A stretch of 56,182 nucleotides of DNA, filler included, from Limisphaerales bacterium (GTDB taxonomy: Bacteria > Verrucomicrobiota > Verrucomicrobiia > Limisphaerales > SIBE01), in assembly GCA_044225505.1 (NCBI GenBank). It is 5 parts of 5 records of this genome, joined end to end, with 100 filler letters (N's around TTAATTAATTAA, not from the genome) between each part and the next. Parts side by side here need not be neighbours in the genome. Positions count along the whole stretch, not along the records: positions 1 to 11,853 come from JBGAIN010000216.1; positions 11,954 to 23,013 come from JBGAIN010000219.1; 3 more parts are not named here. One strand, written 5' to 3'. Below are positions 9,298 to 19,365 of the stretch, one piece after another. The translations under genes were made by a program, and so were the position numbers. Below the pieces are notes generated by a model, which searched no databases, had not been told where the DNA came from, and saw only the letters and a list, made by a program, of their open reading frames with translations. Within the stretch, counting starts at the first letter, position 1; the number at the start of each line of letters is the position of its first letter.

Positions 9298-11853
9298 ATG
9301 GCCGGGAACCTTTCTCTGTGGCAATGTTTTCGGACACGCTGGACCTGGCAAATGGCGTGGCGTGACAGCCGGCGGAGTCGTGGACGTTTGCTGCTCTATT
9401 CTGCGTCGATCATTCTGGGAGTGGCAGCCCTGGTTGCGATCGGATCCCTGAGCGAGAACCTGCAGCGATCGATCAATGACCAGGCCAAAAGCTTGCTCGG
9501 CGCGGATTTGGTGGTTGCTGCTCGAGAAGATTTCAATGCGCCTGAAACCGAGTTCCTTCGTTCCCTCGGCGGGGTCCAGACACGCGAGATCAGCTTTTCT
9601 TCCATGATCTATTTTCCGAAAGGAGAAGGGACTCGGCTGGTTCAAGTCAGGGCGCTTGAGGAAGGGTTTCCTTTTTATGGAAGCCTCGACACGACGCCGC
9701 CCAGTGCCGCCAAAAGCTTTCGCTCAGAAATGGGAGCGCTGGTTGAAAGCAGCATCATGAAGCAGTTTGGCGCGCAAGTGGGGGATCAGGTCAAGATTGG
9801 AGAGGCACACTTCAAGATCGCGGGCGTGTTGGAAAAGGTGCCCGGGGAATTGATGGCTTTCGGCAGTCTAGCACCGCGCGTTTATATCCCTTTGGCCGGC
9901 CTGGCGGAGACTGGCCTTCTCCAGCGCGAGAGCCTGGTGCGGTATCGCGTTTACTTTCAGTTTGGAAATGAGGTCGATGTTCCCAAGCTCGTCCAGCGAA
10001 TTATACCGAAGTTGCGTCGTTTTCATCTCGAGTATGACACCGTCGATCAGCGCAAGAAAGAGATGGGGCAGGCGATGGCTAATCTGTATCACTTTCTCAA
10101 TCTGGTTGGGTTCATCTCGTTGGTTTTGGGTGGCATCGGCATTGCCAGCGCTATTCACGTTCATGTGAAGCAGCGATTGCAGACGGTCGCCATTCTTCGG
10201 TCGATCGGATGCACCGCCCGCCAGGCGTTTGCCATTTACCTCGGGCAAGCCGTTGTCCTCGGACTGATCGGCGCCGCGTCCGGTGCCGGGTTGGGAGTGT
10301 TGCTCCAAGTGGTTTTGCCAAAGGTTATGGCCGATTACGTCTCGTTGCGGTTTGAAGCCTCGATTTCCTGGCTCGCCGTCGGGCGCGGGGTGGGATTGGG
10401 ATTTGCGATTTGCGTGACCTTTGCGTTGTTGCCCCTGCTGGCCATTCGTCACGTTGCACCGTTGGCAGTCTTGCGCGCGACATTCGAAACGGTCGGGCGC
10501 AAAAGGGATTCGTTGGTGGCCGGCGTCTATGCTCTGATCGCCCTGGGTTTGTTGGTATTCAGTATCTCGCAAACCCGAAATTGGATGCAAGGTTTGGGAT
10601 TTGCGTTGGGGATCGCTGGAGCGCTCGGAATTCTAGGGTCTTTGGCTTGGGCGGCCGCGATGCTGGTTAAACGCCAAGCTGGGCGGATCCGGGCTTTCAC
10701 CTGGCGCCACGGGCTGGCGAGTCTGTATCGCCCCAATAACCGTACGAGCTTGCTGCTTGTCACCTTAGGGCTCGGGACGTTCTTGATTCTGAGCCTCTTC
10801 TTGCTGCAGTCGAATCTGGCTCGAGAAATACTGCCATCGGCGCAGAAAGATCGTCCTGACGCTGTCCTGTTCGACGTCCAACCTGACCAGCGCCACGAGG
10901 TCCGCTCCGTCCTGGAAGCCCATGGCCTGCCCGTGCTGCAGGATGTGCCCGTGGTGACGATGCGTCTAGCCGAAGTCAAAGGACAGAGCGTGGAACGACT
11001 GCGGAAAGATCCGCGAACGACCATTCCAACCTGGGCGTTGCGCCGCGAATATCGATCGACTTACCGCGCGGCGTTGGTCGACTCAGAAACGCTTCGGTCT
11101 GGTCGCTGGGTCGAGCGGGTCCCCAGCGCCACTTCGCCAATTCCTGTTTCGGTGGAAGATGGCATCGCCCGAGCGCTGCAAGTGAAGCTAGGAGATGAAC
11201 TTGTCTTCGACGTGCAAGGGGTGCCAATGCGGACGGTCGTCGCCAGCTTGCGGGAAGTAGACTGGCGCCGACTGCAACCGAACTTCTTTGTCGTTTTTCC
11301 GGAAGGAGTGCTGGAAGAGGCTCCCACCTTTCGGGTCCTGGTCACGCGGATGGGTTCCAGCGAAATGTCCGCCACAGTCCAGCGCGAGCTCGTTCGTCGC
11401 TTTCCAAATGTGTCCACCATTGATCTGGCTCTAGTGCTGCAAACGATCGATGGGGTCCTGCGCAAGGTGGCAGCCGGAATTCAGTTTATGGCCCTGTTCA
11501 CCGTGGGCACCGGCGTCATTGTTTTGGTGACAAGTATCCTCAGTGGAAGGTATCAGCGGTTGCACGAAAGCATTCTTCTGAGAACTTTGGGCGCGTCGCG
11601 TCGCCAGATCTGGCGCATCCTGGCGATTGAGTATTTTTCTTTGGGAACCCTCGCGGCTGGGACGGGAATCCTGCTCGCGCTCGCCGCGAGTTGGGCGCTG
11701 AGCGAGTTTGTCTTCAAGATACGATTCAACCCAACGTTTCTCCCGCTGCTGGTCACCTGGGGGAGTGTGGTTGGTGTGACCGTTCTCGTTGGGCTGGTTA
11801 CGAGCCGCGGGATTTGCACTCATCCGCCGATGGAGATTCTTCGACGAGAAACA
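9298..11853 (+). CDS. ABC permease, FtsX/YbbP-like (two FtsX domains); stop codon lost at contig end
   Basis: MAWRDSRR, LLGADL, FPFYG, AILRSIG, NFFVVF, LLRTLGASRRQI; multiple TM helices; abuts ATPase gene. Confidence 0.88.
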
Positions 11854-11953
11854 NNNNNNNNNNNNNNNNNNNNNNNNNNNNNNNNNNNNNNNNNNNNTTA
11901 ATTAATTAANNNNNNNNNNNNNNNNNNNNNNNNNNNNNNNNNNNNNNNNNNNN
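11854..11953. other. Artificial contig linker
   Basis: N44-TTAATTAATTAA-N44, stop codons in all frames. Confidence 0.98.
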
Positions 11954-11954
11954 G

Positions 11955-13424
11955 CGCACTCCCGACGCAACGATCTACCCGCCCGGAACAGTGGTCGAAC
12001 TCACGGCGTCCCCGGGAAACGCCCGCCCGTTCCTTGGATGGAGCGGCGACCGATCGAGCCCGGAGCATTCCTGGCACGTCACAGTCGATCAACCTCTCCA
12101 TCTCGTCGCCAATTTTCAGATTGTGCCCGGTGATCCCCGATGGGAATTCGTCACCCGCGGTGGCCAGATGAACTCGTCTCCAGCAATCGGTCCCGACGGC
12201 ACGATTTATGTCGGAGCGAACGACGGTGCCATCTATGCCTTAAATCCAATCTCCGGGGCGAAACAATGGGAATTCCTAACGAGCGACAGCGTGATCGCGT
12301 CCCCAACGCTCGGGACGGACGGATTCCTTTACGTCGCCTCGTCAAACGGTCGCGTGTATGCGTTGGACGCAACCAGTGGAACGTTGCGATGGGCCTTTCA
12401 AACCGGAGATACTATTCGTTCTTCTCCCGCCATCGGCCCGGACGGTCTGGTCTATTTCGGATCGCGAGATGAAAAGCTTTACGCTCTGGACGCGAAGACC
12501 GGCCTTGAGAAGTGGGATTTCGGAACGTACGGCGAAGTTTACTCATCTCCGGCCATTGGCGCCGATGGAACAGTCTACTTCGGCTCCTGGGACTATAAGG
12601 TCTACGCGGTGGATCCAAAGTCCGGGGTTAAGAAATGGGAGTTTGAAACAGGTCACCGCATCTTGTCTTCTCCTGCGGTAGGCCGCGATAACACCGTGTA
12701 TATCGGTTCCAACGACCACAAGGTGTATGCTTTGAACGGCGCGACTGGCGCCAAGGAGTGGGAGTTTCTGACTGGCGATGCGGTAACGGCTTCGCCCGTG
12801 GTCAGCGATGACGGAATCGTCTATGTCGGTTCCCAGGACCACAAGTTTTATGCTCTCGACGCCGCCCTGGGCACTCCGAAATGGGTCGTTGAGACAGGCA
12901 GCGCCATTGTCGCTGGAGCTGCTCTCGCGCTCGACGGCACGGTGTATGTGGGGTCTTACGATTCGAAGATTTACGCGCTAGACGCAGCCAGCGGTGAAAC
13001 CAAGTGGATCACGGCCAGCGCCACCGGCGCGATCGCCACTTCCATCGCCCTCGGAAACGATGGAACGATCTATGCCGGGTCTTACTACGGCGTCCTGCAT
13101 GCCTTCCACGGGGCCGCCACCTTGGCGCAGACAGCCTGGCCTAAGTTCCGCGCCGACGTATCGAATACGGGGCGCGCAACCGCTGCGGCTGCTCCTCTCC
13201 CACGAATTGACTCCGCCCGGTTTTCCGCAACCGGCTGCACGCTGCAAGGATCATTCGTTCCCGGCCAGACATGCTTTCTGGAAACGTCCGAGGATTTAAT
13301 CCATTGGACCATCCTGACGACGGTAACGGACTCTCACGGCGTCATGAACTACAACGACAGCCGAGCCGCCGCCCTAACCTGCCGCTTCTATCGACTCCGC
13401 GCGCAGGCTTCCGCCGCTCCATAG
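11955..13424 (+). CDS. PQQ-like beta-propeller repeat protein with InlB-B-like repeat and C-terminal FYR tail domain (5'-truncated)
   Basis: About 8 repeats of SSPAIGxDGTVYxGSxDxKVYALDxxTGxKKWEF; N-terminal YPPGTVVELTA...FLGWSGD; C-terminal LETSEDLIHW...RFYRLR. Confidence 0.85.
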   Translation, partial: RTPDATIYPPGTVVELTASPGNARPFLGWSGDRSSPEHSWHVTVDQPLHLVANFQIVPGDPRWEFVTRGGQMNSSPAIGPDGTIYVGANDGAIYALNPISGAKQWEFLTSDSVIASPTLGTDGFLYVASSNGRVYALDATSGTLRWAFQTGDTIRSSPAIGPDGLVYFGSRDEKLYALDAKTGLEKWDFGTYGEVYSSPAIGADGTVYFGSWDYKVYAVDPKSGVKKWEFETGHRILSSPAVGRDNTVYIGSNDHKVYALNGATGAKEWEFLTGDAVTASPVVSDDGIVYVGSQDHKFYALDAALGTPKWVVETGSAIVAGAALALDGTVYVGSYDSKIYALDAASGETKWITASATGAIATSIALGNDGTIYAGSYYGVLHAFHGAATLAQTAWPKFRADVSNTGRATAAAAPLPRIDSARFSATGCTLQGSFVPGQTCFLETSEDLIHWTILTTVTDSHGVMNYNDSRAAALTCRFYRLRAQASAAP

Positions 13425-13627
13425 CTCATGTCTTGGAGATATTGCTTTGGTCAACGAAGGTGCCGCCAGTCGTTCGAGTTCCAGTGTCTTCCCAAGTCTA
13501 AGCTCGCGCGTTCAAACGAATTCCGCGTTTCCATAATTGCCCAATCCATGATTCAATGACCGTCATTCCGCGTTCCGATGATTACCCAATCCGTTATGTG
13601 GCACTCATCAAACGCCGCACCGCGCGT

Positions 13628-14860
13628 ATGAGAATCTGTTATTTGGCGATTGTCGCTGGACTACTGACGCACAGCCCGACGTGCATCCGCGGAGCTGACG
13701 CCGAGCCTGCCACGGCGGTGGTCGGCGTATCAGCCGTCCCTGCTCTGCTCGCGCCCGAAACCGCAGTCGAACGGTATCGAGCCGAACTGGACAGTTTCCG
13801 GCAAGCGTTCGGAGGCGCGCGCGCACTGCCTGACGAACGGTTCTTTCTTTTCGGAATGGGTTTGCGCGAGAAGCTGGTTTATCAGAAGGGCCTCCTTCAA
13901 AAAGCGCTGTCTGGTGAAGTCATTGGCCGCTGGACCGTGCGCGAGGACTTCATTCTGCCGGCCGATTACACTGTGGTCATTCGGACGGCTGACCATCGCG
14001 ACGTGCGTATTATCGAGGACGAACGCGGCGTGTGGCTGGTGGAGGGAGGCAAGTCGACTCAGGTGCCAGGAACGGAAGGGGCTGTGCATTTGCCGAACTT
14101 CGCTGGACATCGTTTCCCAGCTGTCCTCCGCGTTCTGCACCAGGAACTGCTCATTAACGTAACACCGCACGGTCCCGTACCGAACTTCTTCGTTTATCCC
14201 CGGCCGTGGTATCGCGACGGTGCGATGATGGCGCTGGCGTTTCGCGAAACCGGCAACCTCGGATGCGTTCGCGATTGGATTCTAGGTCTGCGCGAAGCGT
14301 TTGATCGCAACAATGCCGGAGAAACCGAGGCGGACAATCTGGGCCAAGCCCTGTTTCTAGTTTCGCTCGTCTCGGACAAAAACCATCCGCTCGTGCCGCG
14401 AATCCTAACCGAGGCCCCGCGGTTCGAGACCAACGGACCCGCCGGGAAGTTCCTGCAGGGGCGCTCCGACTTCGCTTTTCATCCGGTTTATCAAACCCAA
14501 TGGATGAAGTTCGGCTTGCGAGCGCTGGGATTGTCGGATCCCTATACCGTGCCGCCGTTGCAGGATTCATATGCGGCTCTGTTCTGGATGGAGACCCGGG
14601 ACGCTTACGTGCCTGGCCGCGATGCGAACGATCGCGACCGGTATCCGTACCTGGGTTGGGCCTGTGACCATTTCCACGGCACAAAACAAAGCCCGATCAG
14701 CAACCGCGACTACCCGTTAACTTGGGAAGCGCACGCCAGTCAGGCCCACTACGAGGGCATCGAGCCGTTAAGTGAAACCTACTCGGCGCAAAAGCTGGCC
14801 GCACCCCATACCTGGCACGCCGCGGAAGTGTTCCTCTACCTCTTAAAACCCAATCCATAG
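13628..14860 (+). CDS. Secreted hypothetical protein, possible (alpha/alpha)6 glycoside hydrolase-like
   Basis: Signal peptide; PWYRDGAM, DRNNAGETEADNLGQ, YPLTWE and PHTWHAAE resemble six-hairpin glycosidase motifs; carbohydrate context. Confidence 0.5.
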   Translation: MRICYLAIVAGLLTHSPTCIRGADAEPATAVVGVSAVPALLAPETAVERYRAELDSFRQAFGGARALPDERFFLFGMGLREKLVYQKGLLQKALSGEVIGRWTVREDFILPADYTVVIRTADHRDVRIIEDERGVWLVEGGKSTQVPGTEGAVHLPNFAGHRFPAVLRVLHQELLINVTPHGPVPNFFVYPRPWYRDGAMMALAFRETGNLGCVRDWILGLREAFDRNNAGETEADNLGQALFLVSLVSDKNHPLVPRILTEAPRFETNGPAGKFLQGRSDFAFHPVYQTQWMKFGLRALGLSDPYTVPPLQDSYAALFWMETRDAYVPGRDANDRDRYPYLGWACDHFHGTKQSPISNRDYPLTWEAHASQAHYEGIEPLSETYSAQKLAAPHTWHAAEVFLYLLKPNP

Positions 14861-15101
14861 AAACCTATCTTCGCGAATTCTGTCGGACCAAAAGAATGCA
14901 TTGCACAAATTCCCCAGTCCGCTCTCACTGGAGGCGCTCGGCCGACGCCAGAATTGAACTAACAGATCGAGGTCGCACCTTTCCGTCTATCAAACATTAG
15001 GAAAGTCCGGCCGATCAAACGGTGGAAATGAGAATGCCGTTATGGCCACATCGACACCCAAGGCCTTCGGCGGGGTGATTGCGGAAGAACAGGAATTCCG
15101 A

Positions 15102-16496
15102 ATGATAAAGCGATGGCTTTCGTCCGGGCTGCTTGCCTGGTTGGTGCTGGCCGGAGGCCAGGCCGGATCAACTCCTGCCGCTGGTGAACCGATCGCTGTC
15201 CCGGACGGGTCGACCGGTGCGAAGTCTCCCTCGGAGCGAGTCGCCGAGATGCGGGGATGCGTGGCCTTCTGGGACTTCGTGAAACGGGAAACGGCTGAAC
15301 CCAAGCGGTTCGCGGCCCATGTCCCGATAGGTGCGACGAACGACTTTCCCCTGGATGCGGGAAACTACGTCCAGGATTTCTGGGGCGAAGGGCGGGCCGC
15401 AACCGACCGCGATTTTCCGCAACTTGGCCGTGGGCCATTCGGCAACGCGATTCTCATCCGGAAAGAGACGGACCCGAACTTCCGTCCTTTCCTCTTTGTA
15501 CCCAGGGAACGGCTCCATGACACGCCGCTGGATATCAAGGGAGCCAACAAGTCGGTCACTGTCGTCGTCTGGGCCATCCGCGAGAGCGGAAATCACGCTC
15601 TGGCGGGAATTTGGCATGAGGGGACGGATCTGGACCAAACGGAAGCAGTTAACGTCCGAAGGGTTCAGCGTGGCCAGCGTCAATACGCCCTGTTTGCCGG
15701 ACTGAATATCGAAGGCAGTGCTTGCGGACACGTCTCGGAAACCGGCGCGAGTTCGTTCCTGAACCGGTATGCGTTACACAAGAGCAATTCGGCCGGCGCG
15801 TCGCCTAGAGTACCCGCGGACTCTCCCGACGCGACACTGGATGAGTCGTGGCAGTGTTTTGCCATGACTTTCGATCACCAGCGCCAAGAGCTAACCGGCT
15901 GGCTGAACGGCGTGTCCGGCGACCGATGGCTGGAGAACCCGAAGGCGGACAAACTGATTTCCTCCGCCTACCGGGCCTATATGCAAGGGCACTACGCAGG
16001 GATGCCAAGTGTGCAACCTGGCGAGGACGTGAGCTTCCCGAAGGACCAGTTCTACAATCCGCCCGAGGAAACCCCCGTTTCGACGAAGGTAATTCGCTCG
16101 ACTGACAACGAACGGGTGGAACTCCGTGAGTATCGCTACACGAAAGTGGAAATCACTCTGCGGAGAGGCGACGACAGGCACTTCGCCGAGTCCAACCGCG
16201 ACCTCGTGGGATTGAGACTGAACCCCTGGTGGTACCCACATGGAATCTACAAACCGAAGGACGATGGAAGTGGCGGACCGTTCACCATCGGGCGTGTGAT
16301 TCACACCTCGCGCGGGGTGGGGTTCACGGGCTGGATCGGCGGAGTGGCGGTATTCGACAGGGCTCTCAACGCCGCTGAACTCGCGAATCTTTCGGACTAC
16401 AGCAAGTCGGTGTCAGCAGGAGATGCGGTCTCCACGGCCCAGCAACCGAACCAGGCGCTGCACCTGCGGGCCCCCCAAAGCGGCGCTCGCAGGTGA
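15102..16496 (+). CDS. Secreted LamG/concanavalin-A-like hypothetical protein
   Basis: Signal peptide; VAFWDF, VTVVVW, WQCFAMTFD, FTIG, FTGWIGGVAVFDRALNAAEL. Confidence 0.6.
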   Translation: MIKRWLSSGLLAWLVLAGGQAGSTPAAGEPIAVPDGSTGAKSPSERVAEMRGCVAFWDFVKRETAEPKRFAAHVPIGATNDFPLDAGNYVQDFWGEGRAATDRDFPQLGRGPFGNAILIRKETDPNFRPFLFVPRERLHDTPLDIKGANKSVTVVVWAIRESGNHALAGIWHEGTDLDQTEAVNVRRVQRGQRQYALFAGLNIEGSACGHVSETGASSFLNRYALHKSNSAGASPRVPADSPDATLDESWQCFAMTFDHQRQELTGWLNGVSGDRWLENPKADKLISSAYRAYMQGHYAGMPSVQPGEDVSFPKDQFYNPPEETPVSTKVIRSTDNERVELREYRYTKVEITLRRGDDRHFAESNRDLVGLRLNPWWYPHGIYKPKDDGSGGPFTIGRVIHTSRGVGFTGWIGGVAVFDRALNAAELANLSDYSKSVSAGDAVSTAQQPNQALHLRAPQSGARR

Positions 16497-16511
16497 GCTG
16501 AATCGTTGGGC
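16445..16511 (+). mobile_element. Solitary attC-like integron recombination site
   Basis: R'' ACCGAAC (16445-51); arm GCT-G-CACCTGCG pairing with CGCAGGTGAGC (one extrahelical base); R' GTTGGGC (16505-11); 67 bp. Confidence 0.7.
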
Positions 16512-16548
16512 AACAAGAAACGCGCTTTACCACCAACGGCAACTTTTT

Positions 16549-16821
16549 TCACAAATCGGCGACTCGCTCCCGAAAGGCATAGTGCGACGTCTGAATCTGT
16601 CGGCCCAGGTCCGCGCTGTTAATGATGTTGCCGGGATGCTCCTTGCTGGAGATCAACGTCACCGCCCCTCCCAGGGCCAGGTCCATACCAATCCGGACCT
16701 CCCCGTTGTCCAGATACGTCATGTTCGGCTCTGGCATTGACGAGGCGCCGTAGACGGCAACGCGGACACTCACGAGCAAGCCGGCCGTCAGCCGTGCTCG
16801 ATACCGGGGGCTGGTGCGCAT
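16549..16821 (-). pseudogene. Probably truncated secreted protein, last gene of the GH29 operon
   Basis: ATG 16 bp after GH29 stop; signal peptide, then YLDNGEVRIGMDLALGGAV...NIINSADLGRQIQTSHY, ending abruptly near the attC-like site. Confidence 0.55.
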
Positions 16822-16837
16822 ACGAGCAAGCTGGATT

Positions 16838-18454
16838 TCAGGAACGGATCTCCAGAGCCAAAGCGGTCTTGGCCTTGAACCCCTCCGGCAGGACAACCTG
16901 CACGCCTGCGGCATCGCGGGTGAACTTGAGTTTACCGCCCCCCACCAAACGGACGCTGCCGATCTTGCCCGGCCAGTATGGGGACTGGGTCCCCAGCGAG
17001 CTCACCCTGATTTGGCCATCCTTCGGAATCTCCAGCACGATCGCGTAAAGCGTCTTGCCATCTTTCGATTGCGTGAAGCGGATGTCCTCCGCGGTGAACG
17101 GGGCTTTTTCCACGTCTGTCTGCCCGGCGAACTGGCCCTTCTCGTGGCGCGCGGTAGACGGTCCCTCGCCGTAGACCTTCCAGGGACGCGTGGCGTAGAT
17201 CGCCTTGCCGTTGATCTTCATCCACGCGCCGATTTCATTGATGATCGCAATCTCGTCGGAGTCAGGTTGTCCGTCGCCCCGGAGCGGCACGTTCAGCATG
17301 AGATTGCCATTCTTGCTGACAATGTCGGCGAGCATGCGAATCACCGACGGGGCAGACTTGTATCGGTGGTTAGTGAAAACGTCCCGGTCGTAATGCCACT
17401 CGCCGATGCAGGTGTCGGTCTGCCAGGGCTGCGGCATGATTCCCTCTGCTTTGCCCCGCTCGAAGTCCCAAACCAGGGCCTGGCGCTGCATTTCGTTGAG
17501 CATTTTGCCGTTCACCACCGCTTCCGTGCGACCGTGCTTGTCCAGGCGCGAGTTGTAGGCATGCGCGGCGAGCTTCAGTCCCACTTCATCCGTGACGCCG
17601 ACGAACGGAAGCACCGTGTCGTCGAAGTAGATCTGGTCTGGCCGGTAGTCATCCCAGAGCTGTTTGGTGCGCTTGAAGAACTTCTCCATGTAAGCGGCGT
17701 CGGGCACGCTGCTGCCTTTGCTGGCGTCCCAGGACCACTCCAGGGTTGTTCCGGGCTTATGGTTTTGAGCGTAAAGATCCTGCGGGTCCAGCCCCTCCCA
17801 CCATTGGCCTTTGCCGTCGGCTTTGGTCAGCTTGCCGTCGTAGGGTACCCCGGCAAACGGACCTTCCTTGTCCGCCCCCTGGGCTGGCTCATACCATGAC
17901 CACGGGCGCGAACCATGCACGCTCACGGCAAAGCGCAGACCGTGCTTGCGCGCCGCCCTGGCCCAACCGCCGATCAGGTCCTTTTGGGGCCCGAGCGCGA
18001 CGGAGTTCCACGGCTGGTACTTGGAGTTCCAGTTATCGAAGTTGTCGTGGTGGTTGGCCAGGGCCATGAAATACTTCGCGCCGTTGTCCTTGTAGAATTT
18101 GAGCAGTTTGTCGGGATCGAAGTGCTCCGCTTTCCAGACGTGGATGACGTCCTTAAAGCCGTTGGTCGAGGGATGGCCGTATTCAACGACGTGGGACTTG
18201 TAGTTGCGGCTGCCAGTCTCGTACATGCTACGCGCGTACCAATCCCCATGCTCAGGCTGGCATTGGGATCCCCAGTGCGCCCAGATGCCGAACTTGGCAT
18301 CGCGGAACCACTCGGGCGTTTGGTAGCTCGTGAGCGAATTCCAGTCCGGCTTGAATGGGCCGTCGGTGATGGGCGGGAGTTGGAGGGGCGTGGTCTGCGC
18401 CGCCGCCGCGGAAAAGCAAGCGGTCAGGAGCATGAAGGAGGTCATTTTCTTCAT
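16838..18454 (-). CDS. GH29 alpha-L-fucosidase-family glycosidase, secreted
   Basis: PEWFRDAKFGIWAHWG, HHDNF, IYFDD (nucleophile), WQTD, DIVSKNGNLMLNV, W..NG.AIY.TRPW. Confidence 0.92.
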   Translation of the reverse strand: MKKMTSFMLLTACFSAAAAQTTPLQLPPITDGPFKPDWNSLTSYQTPEWFRDAKFGIWAHWGSQCQPEHGDWYARSMYETGSRNYKSHVVEYGHPSTNGFKDVIHVWKAEHFDPDKLLKFYKDNGAKYFMALANHHDNFDNWNSKYQPWNSVALGPQKDLIGGWARAARKHGLRFAVSVHGSRPWSWYEPAQGADKEGPFAGVPYDGKLTKADGKGQWWEGLDPQDLYAQNHKPGTTLEWSWDASKGSSVPDAAYMEKFFKRTKQLWDDYRPDQIYFDDTVLPFVGVTDEVGLKLAAHAYNSRLDKHGRTEAVVNGKMLNEMQRQALVWDFERGKAEGIMPQPWQTDTCIGEWHYDRDVFTNHRYKSAPSVIRMLADIVSKNGNLMLNVPLRGDGQPDSDEIAIINEIGAWMKINGKAIYATRPWKVYGEGPSTARHEKGQFAGQTDVEKAPFTAEDIRFTQSKDGKTLYAIVLEIPKDGQIRVSSLGTQSPYWPGKIGSVRLVGGGKLKFTRDAAGVQVVLPEGFKAKTALALEIRS

Positions 18455-18549
18455 AGTGTTTGCATCGACTTCGGGAGCCTTGGGTATCTTTTTTTCTGTG
18501 AGCGTGAGTTATGAACTATTACTTTGCACGCTCGAAGTGAGGCGCAGAA

Positions 18550-19365
18550 TTAGAATCCTCGAAGCTCGGTACTGCTCCGTTTTGGCAGGCCGGGCGCCGG
18601 CGTGCGTTTGAGCACGAGGTATTCAATGCCGAGTTGCCGGCAATATTCTCTCTTGCCTCCCTTGTCGCCGTCTTCGTTGACAACGTAGATGTGAGGTTTT
18701 AGCCGGCGGATTTCCGGATCGGCATCCATCCACCCGGAACCGGAAGCAATGAGCGCCTGCTTCACGTATTTGATCGAGCCCACCACGTAACGGCGTTCCT
18801 CCTGCGACAAGAGTGGATGGCCTTCACCCTTGAGCAGGCGCACATTCGCGTCGCTGCCGACGCAGACGTATAGATCTCCGTAAGCCGCCGCTTCTTCGGT
18901 GAAGCGCACGTGGCCGGAATGAAACCAGTCATAGCAGCCGGTGGCGATCACTCGTTTCTTTCCGGGAGCAGAGGGCATGGGGGGCGGTTCAGGAAAGCCC
19001 GTCAAGTCAGACTCCGTGAAGACGCGGTACTCGATGTTCCTTTCCTCGCAGAATTTCCTCCGTGCTGGATTGGCCGAGGAATCCATGTCCGCCCAGATTC
19101 GCGAGCACACTCCCGGAATCTCCGGGAGTGCATTCAGGTTGGCCAGGTCTCCCAGCGAGACGACGCGGCTGACAGTGCGGACCGCGCCAAGGAAGTAGCT
19201 GCGCTCCGCCAGAGAGAACCTGGGCGGTCTGCCCGTCGTCTGGCGAATGGCAGTATCCGGCCAAAGCAGGACCGTCAGCTCGCCCAGCTTAGCGGCTTCT
19301 TCAAAGAAACGCAGATCGCGCGATTTGAGGTCGTCAAAGCTGCCGGAAACGATGACAGAGGTCAT
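18550..19365 (-). CDS. Tandem cytidylyltransferase-like (HxGH) nucleotidyltransferase; domain 1 degenerate, domain 2 intact
   Basis: Domain 1 VSGSFDDLKSRD; domain 2 ATGCYDWFHSGH...GSD...ERR...RSST; ATGA overlap with upstream kinase stop. Confidence 0.85.
   Translation of the reverse strand: MTSVIVSGSFDDLKSRDLRFFEEAAKLGELTVLLWPDTAIRQTTGRPPRFSLAERSYFLGAVRTVSRVVSLGDLANLNALPEIPGVCSRIWADMDSSANPARRKFCEERNIEYRVFTESDLTGFPEPPPMPSAPGKKRVIATGCYDWFHSGHVRFTEEAAAYGDLYVCVGSDANVRLLKGEGHPLLSQEERRYVVGSIKYVKQALIASGSGWMDADPEIRRLKPHIYVVNEDGDKGGKREYCRQLGIEYLVLKRTPAPGLPKRSSTELRGF

Noticed and set aside
11854..11953. TTAATTAATTAA flanked by Ns, four times
   Set aside because: Artificial stop linker; adjacency across contigs has no biological meaning and was not used
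12140..13100. Regular 120-bp periodicity resembling an array
   Set aside because: Coding PQQ-like propeller repeats, not CRISPR; no cas genes or identical repeats with spacers in the window
16814..17899. Long antisense ORFs (also 45311-46285, 42209-43177, 8770-9645, 52864-53565)
   Set aside because: Shadow frames of well-supported genes in GC-rich DNA; no motifs
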